Below are positions 56,148-62,457 of a stretch of DNA of 62,457 nucleotides, one piece after another. The notes beneath the pieces are model-generated. The model saw only the letters and a program-made list of their open reading frames with translations. It searched no databases and was not told the origin of the DNA. This stretch comes from a virus. Its lineage: Duplodnaviria > Caudoviricetes. The stretch covers positions 1 to 62,457 of IMG/VR virus record IMGVR_UViG_3300021468_000003; one strand, 5' to 3'. Numbering within the stretch: the first letter of the stretch is position 1; each line of letters begins with the position of its first letter. The position numbers and the translations under genes are program-made.

Positions 56148-56655
56148 CTCCTTCCTTTAGTATCTTGACAAGTCTTTCATACTTCTCTTCTTGCCGAGCA
56201 GTCCCTTCTGGCTCCAGCCATTTCTCCACTAAGCTGGGGTGAAGCACAGTCACTTTCCTGACAATCAAGCTGCTTCCGCCTAAAAGGATGTCCTCAGGGA
56301 AGACAGCTACAAGGACCTCGTCCGCTGACAAAGTCTTGACTACCCATTCCTTGTCACTGTCTACTCTGTATGGGGAGACATGCATCCCGAGCCTAGGCAA
56401 GGATAAAAAGAAATACTTCTGGCTGCCTCTTACATGAAAAGGGTAGGACTCTGTTTTGACTACTGTCTCTATTCCCTGCTCGACTAAATCTGCTTCAACT
56501 TCAACTCCAAACGAGAGCTCTCGAAGCTTATATGGTCCCCTGGAAGATAGGTAGAACGGGAAGAGCATTCCTTTCCCCCACCAGAAGGACTTCCGTCCAA
56601 TCAGATAGTTGTCCTGAAGTCCATAGATTCCGCCAACCTTGATTTTTAAACACAT
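56128..56655 (-). CDS. Paralogue family B, member 2 (MCLKI...)
   Basis: ATG 56655 after GGAGG. Confidence 0.7.
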   Translation of the reverse strand: MCLKIKVGGIYGLQDNYLIGRKSFWWGKGMLFPFYLSSRGPYKLRELSFGVEVEADLVEQGIETVVKTESYPFHVRGSQKYFFLSLPRLGMHVSPYRVDSDKEWVVKTLSADEVLVAVFPEDILLGGSSLIVRKVTVLHPSLVEKWLEPEGTARQEEKYERLVKILKEGGGRGEV

Positions 56656-56657
56656 CT

Positions 56658-56993
56658 CTACCTCCTCTCCGGCCTCGTCACTCCTACGGCCCCCACCACG
56701 TTTCCTTGGGAGTCCCGCAGGAGCTCTCCTGGTTGATAAAAATCCTCCCGCTCTGGGCACGCAGAGACGACAAGTCCGCTGACGACGTAGGCGACCCCCT
56801 CAACCTTGGGAGGGACGCCGTCTAGGGAGTGGTACGTCGTGGAGAAGATCGGCACGCCCTCAGGTGTCTCACCAACCTTCTCCCTCCGGACTGCGACCCT
56901 CGTAGGAGGGGGCTCAGGCGGAAGCTCTGCAACGAGCCTCCCTGCTTCGTCGTACAACTTCAGTTTATGGGGACACTTATTGATTAGCCGCAT
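56658..56993 (-). CDS. Phage hypothetical protein
   Basis: INKCPH...GVPP...YVVSGLV. Confidence 0.7.
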   Translation of the reverse strand: MRLINKCPHKLKLYDEAGRLVAELPPEPPPTRVAVRREKVGETPEGVPIFSTTYHSLDGVPPKVEGVAYVVSGLVVSACPEREDFYQPGELLRDSQGNVVGAVGVTRPERR

Positions 56994-57407
56994 TTAACAC
57001 CTCCTCACCATCGTCACATAACACTCCCCGCTCTCCACAGGAAAGCCGGCGTCTCTCAGCGCCTCCACCAACTTGTCCACCTTCTTGTAGTGCTCCTCTT
57101 CTGAAGAGCCCCACGTGGACACTGTCACCTTGCTCATTCCCCCAGGAGCATTTGTGACCAAGACATTCCCTCCAGGGAGGGCAAGATAGTTAGAGTAGGA
57201 CTCCTCCTCGAGGAGGGACACTGTTAGTCCAGGAACGACCTCCACAGCTTTTGCAAGCTCGATCGAGTAAGTGGAGGGCGCAAACTCTCTGTAGATTTCG
57301 TGGCCCTCGTAGAAGACCTTCAGCTCAGTAACTTCCTTCTCACGTACCGTAGGAAGTTCGTCCAACGGCTTGTCAATGTAAACGTGAGTTTTGAAAGACT
57401 GAATCAT
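56994..57407 (-). CDS. Hypothetical protein
   Basis: AGGAGG RBS. Confidence 0.7.
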   Translation of the reverse strand: MIQSFKTHVYIDKPLDELPTVREKEVTELKVFYEGHEIYREFAPSTYSIELAKAVEVVPGLTVSLLEEESYSNYLALPGGNVLVTNAPGGMSKVTVSTWGSSEEEHYKKVDKLVEALRDAGFPVESGECYVTMVRRC

Positions 57408-57410
57408 TTT

Positions 57411-57719
57411 CTACCTCCTTTCTCCTGTTTGCAAGAAACTACCACTCTTATCCAAGGCTTGGGATAGCGCCCAGAAAATCGTGTCGCACAAATACTCCCA
57501 AAGCCCGCCGTCCTCATCTGCGAGCTGCAAGTCAAAGTCAAGCGGGGCGTCCTTCGGAATCCAGACCTCGAATGGCTTCCAGCTGACATACATGCCGCTG
57601 GCATTCATCATATGGTAGGCATTGCGACACACCCAGGCATCGCCGTCGTCCTCTATCTCCCACTCGGCGTCTATCCCTGAGCCGTGGGGAAGGGCCTCTT
57701 TCAGCTGCTCTTTAGTCAT
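57411..57719 (-). CDS. Hypothetical protein
   Basis: LPHGSGID motif; RBS. Confidence 0.7.
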   Translation of the reverse strand: MTKEQLKEALPHGSGIDAEWEIEDDGDAWVCRNAYHMMNASGMYVSWKPFEVWIPKDAPLDFDLQLADEDGGLWEYLCDTIFWALSQALDKSGSFLQTGERR

Positions 57720-57735
57720 CTTGCACCTCCTCTCC

Positions 57736-57951
57736 TTAGTACTGTGATCCATGTCGCAGGGGACACCAGGACGGAATTCTCTTTCCGTTTACTACCCGAT
57801 GTCTCCAATGATACTTGTCATCTCCGTGGATGCGAGCAGGAAGAGCGTCAGAGTGCCCACAGACTAGTCTCGCCCCTCCCTCAGTGAAGGCTCCACTGTG
57901 AGTTAAATGCCTACAATCTAGGCAGCTTCTGATTTCTATTTCTACTCTCAT
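57736..57951 (-). CDS. Cys-rich small protein
   Basis: SCLDC...CGH...IPSWCPL; similar to the 4605-4910 C-terminus. Confidence 0.6.
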   Translation of the reverse strand: MRVEIEIRSCLDCRHLTHSGAFTEGGARLVCGHSDALPARIHGDDKYHWRHRVVNGKRIPSWCPLRHGSQY

Positions 57952-58742
57952 TTGTTCACCTCCTTCCATTTCCTTGCGACTTCGTCTTCCCCGACCCACT
58001 CGACGAACGAGCCGGTAGGACAGACAACGCTTGTTACCTGGTAGTGGTCGCTTGCAGCAGAGGCGCATTTTCCGTGCCTTGCGGCATACCTGCACCAGCT
58101 GCATTGGGAGAACGACGCTAGGCACCACGGGGAGATGGCGGAGTCGTCCATTCTCCCTTCCTCGACGGCAGCGTCGATTTCTTTGTGAACGGCGATGATG
58201 AGATGGAGCGGCCACCTCCGGAGGTCTTGTTCGTCCTCTGGAGTGAAGAGGGAAGGCCACCTCTCCGGCTCCTCGAGCCCCTCTGCGAGCTCCTCTGCCT
58301 GCCACTTCGCAAAGGCCACCAGCGCCTCGAGCTCCCTCTCTACGTCTACGCCTGCCTCCTCCAAAGAGGCCTCCCACAGCTCGTCTATGTCTTCCTCAAT
58401 CAGATCCTCGAGGACGTCAGCTTCCCCTCTGGAGAGGATGAGGCCGTAAGTGTTGTTGTCCTTGAAGGAGTCGCACCTCCCGTGCCTCTCTCCGTATCTA
58501 CAGTTACTGCAGACGCTCCCCAGCGCTTGACACCAGGGACAGATGCTTGCATCTCCAAAGTCACCGCTGGAGATGTTTGAGTTGATTAAAAAGAAAGCAG
58601 CTTCCACCCTGAAAGGGGGCCACTCCCTCAACTCCCTTTCGTCCTCTTCCGTGAAGTAGAGAGCGCCACCCCAAGGCCTCAGGGCCTCGGCTTTCTTCTT
58701 CATGAACACGATCAATGCTTCTCGCATTTCCTCAACCTTCAT
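57948..58742 (-). CDS. Cys-rich paralogue family A, member 2 (two tandem domains)
   Basis: FTxEDE..L..WP...D.S..(C/S)PWC...C..CRY..RHG.C occurs twice. Confidence 0.8.
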   Translation of the reverse strand: MKVEEMREALIVFMKKKAEALRPWGGALYFTEEDERELREWPPFRVEAAFFLINSNISSGDFGDASICPWCQALGSVCSNCRYGERHGRCDSFKDNNTYGLILSRGEADVLEDLIEEDIDELWEASLEEAGVDVERELEALVAFAKWQAEELAEGLEEPERWPSLFTPEDEQDLRRWPLHLIIAVHKEIDAAVEEGRMDDSAISPWCLASFSQCSWCRYAARHGKCASAASDHYQVTSVVCPTGSFVEWVGEDEVARKWKEVNK

Positions 58743-59103
58743 TTTGCACCTCCTCTTTTGCCTGGCTCCACAGGGAGATGAGAACATCCCTCCCCACTTC
58801 GAGGACAATCGAGCCAGTAAGGGCTTTGATGATTAGACCATAGGAGTTGCTGTTGTCTCCGACGGCGCAGACTCCGTGCCTGTGGCCGTACCCGCAGCTC
58901 TCGCAACTCCCGAAGTAAAGGGCACACCACGGACACCAGTCACAGTCGTTCTCCCCAGAAGTTCGGCTGAGCTTCTGGAAGGCGAATTCAACGTCGTCCT
59001 CAGACCACCCCGCAATCTCTTCCTTGTCCTCGTAATTGAAGTATTCCTCTGGAGGGACGAGGTTGTTCGTCAGCCTGGAGATTTCCTCGGCCTTCCTCCT
59101 CAT
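58732..59103 (-). CDS. Cys-rich paralogue family A, member 3
   Basis: RKAE...YFNYED...CPWC...CESCGYGHRHGVC. Confidence 0.75.
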   Translation of the reverse strand: MRRKAEEISRLTNNLVPPEEYFNYEDKEEIAGWSEDDVEFAFQKLSRTSGENDCDWCPWCALYFGSCESCGYGHRHGVCAVGDNSNSYGLIIKALTGSIVLEVGRDVLISLWSQAKEEVQNEG

Positions 59104-59137
59104 AAAGAGGATGATGGCTTTTCTTTTCTCCTCTTTT

Positions 59138-59452
59138 CTACTTCACTCTCCTATACAGGAGAGCTCCTCCTCCTCCCGTAAAGTATTCACTGACCCCGAT
59201 CCACTCACCGTCTGGGTCACTCACAAAATCCTTTCCCTGGTAGACCTCATCATTCACTACCAGGAAGAGACGGCCATACCCAACATCCTCGAAGAGGGCA
59301 ACAGAGTCTTCTGAGGACGAGCTTGCTTCCATCAAGAGACGGGGCTTCCCTATCCTTTCCCACTCTTCAAGTTTGATGAATCTGTTTACAAGGACACATT
59401 GGATGCTGGACACCTCATTGATTTTTTCTAACAACTTCTCTTTGGTAGCCAT
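59138..59452 (-). CDS. Hypothetical protein
   Basis: AAGGAGG RBS. Confidence 0.6.
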   Translation of the reverse strand: MATKEKLLEKINEVSSIQCVLVNRFIKLEEWERIGKPRLLMEASSSSEDSVALFEDVGYGRLFLVVNDEVYQGKDFVSDPDGEWIGVSEYFTGGGGALLYRRVK

Positions 59453-59466
59453 TTTTCTTCCTCCTT

Positions 59467-59492
59467 AGCAATTTGCACGCAAACAATTTGCT
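59467..59492. promoter_or_regulatory. 26-bp palindromic motif, copy 6
   Basis: AGCAATTTG-cacgcaaa-CAATTTGCT abutting the RBS of the 59452 gene. Confidence 0.62.
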
Positions 59493-59502
59493 TCCGCCGA
59501 GC

Positions 59503-59661
59503 TTACATGGCTATGACAACGGCCACCCTGCCTTGGACGAAAGCCTTCACCTTACACCGCCCAGCGAAAAGCCACTGCACAAAAGCGATGACTCTGTCGA
59601 GCTCCTCTGGAGAACAGGCGATTCTTGCCCGCTCTCCTTCGTTCAAAGCTAGCAGTTTCAT
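59503..59661 (-). CDS. Small hypothetical protein (52 aa)
   Basis: AGGAGG RBS; read by hand. Confidence 0.5.
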   Translation of the reverse strand: MKLLALNEGERARIACSPEELDRVIAFVQWLFAGRCKVKAFVQGRVAVVIAM

Positions 59662-59718
59662 CTTGCACCTCCTTTCTCGGACGCCTGCCTAAGAAGGGCG
59701 TCTTCTTCTTCCTCCCTC

Positions 59719-60039
59719 CTACACCGCCAAGGCCTTCTTCAACTGATGGAGAAGGTCAACCTTGTTAACCTTGCCTGCGGCGGCCAGCCTCAGCAGTTCG
59801 TCGATCTCCCGTTGCTTGTGGGGGCGCCTGCCGACGCCTTTGGCTCTCGGCTTCCCTCTCGTGGGGAGCACCGTCACAGGCGACAACTCCCTCTCGAGGG
59901 CCTCTTTCTCTTTCCAAAGCTCCGTGAATTCCCGCCTCCAGGCGGAGAGGATTTCCTCTGCCTTCTTGATGCGGGTACCCAACTCAACCATTTTTCTGTC
60001 AAGTTCCTCAATCCTTTCACTTTTGACTTTTTTGTTCAT
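59719..60039 (-). CDS. Coiled-coil basic protein, first gene of the leftward arm
   Basis: AGGAGG RBS. Confidence 0.7.
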   Translation of the reverse strand: MNKKVKSERIEELDRKMVELGTRIKKAEEILSAWRREFTELWKEKEALERELSPVTVLPTRGKPRAKGVGRRPHKQREIDELLRLAAAGKVNKVDLLHQLKKALAV

Positions 60040-60159
60040 CTTTGCCTCCTTTCTCCCGCCTCAGCGGGCTTCTGCTGGCCATACATAGCCAGCGGGCTTG
60101 CTCCCCGTCTGCATACATGCCGAGGGGCTTCCGGCTTGCATACATAGGCAGGGAAGCGG

Positions 60160-60351
60160 TTATTAGGTTGTTACAATATTCTAATGTTAGATTATTGACG
60201 GATTGAGATAGTAGAATGTTGTGATAAGTCAATAGTCTAATATTAGGATATTGTAAGATTGTAGTATTGAAATGTTGTAATATTAAAATGTTGCAATATT
60301 GGCGTGTTGCAATATTAGAGGATTGTAGTATTAGATTATTGGCATGTTGTA
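60160..60351. repeat. Degenerate 8-nt periodic tract (24 units, approximately NTRTTRNR)
   Basis: e.g. atattgta-agattgta-gtattgaa-atgttgta-atattaaa-atgttgca; phase kept throughout. Confidence 0.75.
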
Positions 60352-60711
60352 ATGGGGACGGGATGCAAGGTTTATGCCAAAACGGACGGTTTACCAAAAC
60401 TAAACTTTTGTTTAGCGCTGGTAAACTATGAAAATTTTTTCCATTTTTCGGAAAATCTTTTCTTTCCATATATTTTTTCCTTAGTCTTTTATTCTTTTAA
60501 CGTGAAAATAACATATATTTCGCTATTGGCGCAAGCAGAAAATGCTAGTCAAATCAAGTGTTTGCTAGGCAAAGTTAAGATAGATTAGCTATTTTTTATG
60601 TGCGATTAGTCAATTTTTATGAGAAATTGACTATTTTTACAGAAAAATCAGATTTTGTTAGGTTTTGTTGGATATTTCAGAAAAATCAAGCAAAACTTCG
60701 GATATTTTGCC

Positions 60712-60741
60712 TTGACTATATTAAAAATGATATGATATAAC
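60712..60741 (+). promoter_or_regulatory. Sigma70-type promoter
   Basis: TTGACT, 18-nt spacer, TATAAC with extended -10 TG; AT-rich upstream. Confidence 0.6.
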
Positions 60742-60829
60742 ACAAGCAACAATTGAGTTTGTTCTTTGAAAACTAAATATCGAAGCAAGCGCTTACTAGT
60801 TGGCGCAAGGCTAGAAAGCGAGGATAGCT

Positions 60830-61027
60830 ATGGACAAATTATCAGAAGAATATGCAATAATCTTTAAAAAGGATTATCGCAAATATGGGTATAGTCAAGT
60901 ATATTCAGGATTTGACGCTATTCTAGTTCGTTTGTACGAGAGTGAACCGGACTACGTTGTCTTTGCTATTCCGACGTGGGATAGTGAAGAAATCTATTTG
61001 ATTGAGAAAGCTATGGACATTCATTAA
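60830..61027 (+). CDS. Hypothetical early protein
   Basis: GAGG RBS downstream of the promoter. Confidence 0.65.
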   Translation: MDKLSEEYAIIFKKDYRKYGYSQVYSGFDAILVRLYESEPDYVVFAIPTWDSEEIYLIEKAMDIH

Positions 61028-61092
61028 TTAACTTTATTAGTTGCCTTGCGCTGGTTAGTAAGCGCTTGCACTCACGGAAGGGAGCGGATGTT

Positions 61093-61440
61093 ATGAGTAA
61101 AGAAAAAATAACTTTGACAAAAGATCAGACTGAGCAATGGAAAAAGCATCGGGCAAAAGTTATCAATGACTTGCTTGAAAACATTGACGTTTCTGGCGAA
61201 CTTGCTTACTTTGTTGAAGTAGGGATCACACGAGCACTTGACCAGCGATACAGTACTGCTGAGACAAAGCTCAAACTCATGGACGCTGACGGATTTCCTA
61301 AGCTAGCTGATCTGATCCCTAAGGGGAGTGAAAAGACTCAATTAATTCGTGAATTGCTTCCGAAGCTTCCGCAATTCACGGAAGATATGCTTAAGAAATT
61401 GGATACTGAGCAATTACGAAAACTTAAGGAAAATCTGTAA
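61093..61440 (+). CDS. Hypothetical early protein
   Basis: ATG 61093 after GGGAG. Confidence 0.7.
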   Translation: MSKEKITLTKDQTEQWKKHRAKVINDLLENIDVSGELAYFVEVGITRALDQRYSTAETKLKLMDADGFPKLADLIPKGSEKTQLIRELLPKLPQFTEDMLKKLDTEQLRKLKENL

Positions 61441-61465
61441 ATTTTAACAAGTGAGTGCAAGCGCC

Positions 61466-61500
61466 AAGGCCAAGGACCGATGTCCTTGGCCTTTTTATTT
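61466..61500 (+). terminator. Rho-independent terminator
   Basis: AAGGCCAAGGAC-cgat-GTCCTTGGCCTT followed by a T-run. Confidence 0.85.
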
Positions 61501-61981
61501 GGTCAAAAATCCCGCTTGTTTTCCGTTTCTGCGGTGTTTCTTGCCTTATCTGGTATCTTTCCCTGGGGACGTCCCCAAGGCAAAAATGGGCGATTTTTCC
61601 TTATGTTTTTAATGGTAGTTTGCAAGTCTTGTGCCGGGAAATCCTACCTAGTTAATTGGTAGGAATTAAAAGATTTTGTGAGTACGGTTCAGAATTTCGA
61701 TTTGAAAATGAGTGCCGTTCAACGCATGCAAGAAATGTGCCAAAATTTGTGATATGCAAGAAACGTGCCAAAAAATTTTTCCAGTAATTCCAACGACTTA
61801 CAATCCCTACTATATTACTAATTTGGCATATAAGGTTTTGCGGATTTTTTCGCACTCTCTCGCTAACCTGCTGATTTTTCAGGGAAAAATGTGCGATGAC
61901 GTCGTAAGTAGTTAGAAATACTAGAAAAGCATGATTTTCTTAATGATTCCGCAAGGTTGCGTGTCGGACAAATGAACGGGA

Positions 61982-62090
61982 TTTTGTGAATAATTTCGGG
62001 CACTTACAGATTTGCGGCTCGAAAACTTTTCCTAATGATTTCGGGTACTTAGCTGACCATGATTTTCCTTGTAATTTCGGGCACTTAGCT
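61982..62090. repeat. Three direct repeats of TTTT...ATTTCGGGYACTTA
   Basis: Copies near 61982, 62027 and 62063 in non-coding terminal DNA. Confidence 0.7.
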
Positions 62091-62457
62091 AGTGTCAAAA
62101 TTTTGACATAGTGACCGTCTGGTCATTTAAAATTTTTCTCGAAAAATCGGGCATTTGCGATGGGTATAAAAAAATTTAATACTTGCCGTTTTTTCGCATC
62201 ATATGTTTTGGCCTTTTATTTTTTCTTTAGTAATTCCGCAGACTTATGAAGAATTGCAAAATATTTGCAAAAAAGGTTCAAGTCACTGTTGCAATTTGCA
62301 ATATCGGGTTGGGGGAGCTACCCCTCCACGCAACTCCCCGAAATTACTCGGAATCAAAAAAATCGGAACAAAGTTCCGATTTTCTTACGAAAACGGATTG
62401 TCGCACGACCTGACCCCACGGCGGGGGTAGGGGGCACCCCTCCCTTGGGGGGATTTT

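Larger units (their letters stand above)
1..62457. mobile_element. Tailed dsDNA bacteriophage genome (siphovirus-like), probably near complete
   Basis: Full set of terminase, portal, protease, capsid, tail tube, tape measure, tail tip, lysis and replication genes; no host housekeeping genes; no integrase recognised. Confidence 0.95.

Noticed and set aside
60017-60469. 150-aa ORF across the 8-nt tract
   Set aside because: Low-complexity translation of the periodic DNA; no RBS; lies in the control region
1-62457. Genome-wide stop-codon reassignment
   Set aside because: TAG and TGA both end many well-defined genes (e.g. helicase ends in TAG, PolA in TGA); only two internal stops were noticed

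Overview
The window looks like a complete or near-complete ~62.5 kb tailed dsDNA bacteriophage genome with a siphovirus-type (lambda-like) tail. The host is probably bacterial, given the SleB-type and 3D cell-wall enzymes and strong GGAGG ribosome-binding sites. Layout: (1) a + strand accessory arm at 0.3-8.7 kb with dCMP deaminase, a MazG-like protein, DHH phosphoesterase, a 3D protein and AdoMet decarboxylase; (2) a - strand late region at 8.7-38 kb with lysis genes, fibre/adhesin genes, tail tip, tape measure, a frameshifting tail chaperone, a glycosyltransferase, capsid, protease, portal and an intein-containing terminase; (3) a - strand replication module at 38-53 kb with a DUF3987-like helicase, UDG-fused PolA, ParB-methyltransferase, SSB, Sak4-like ATPase, Cas4-like nuclease and Hel308/Ski2-like helicase; (4) many small early genes at 53-60 kb; (5) an AT-rich control/terminal region at 60-62.4 kb. 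The main find lies inside the replication operon: an HNH + IS110/Nop-like protein (47413-48354) followed immediately by a 14-unit, 36-nt dual-repeat/dual-spacer array (46896-47409), matching a TIGR-Tas (TasH-like) RNA-guided system. Its HNH appears to lack the catalytic His, and one guide resembles a 26-bp palindrome that I found six times just upstream of the phage's own ribosome-binding sites. Other oddities: a possible selenoprotein (in-frame TGA plus SECIS-like hairpin), a D-arm-less tRNA-Gly-like element, overlapping inverted repeats around early genes, and an 8-nt periodic tract. All family assignments come from motif recognition by eye; no database searches were run.
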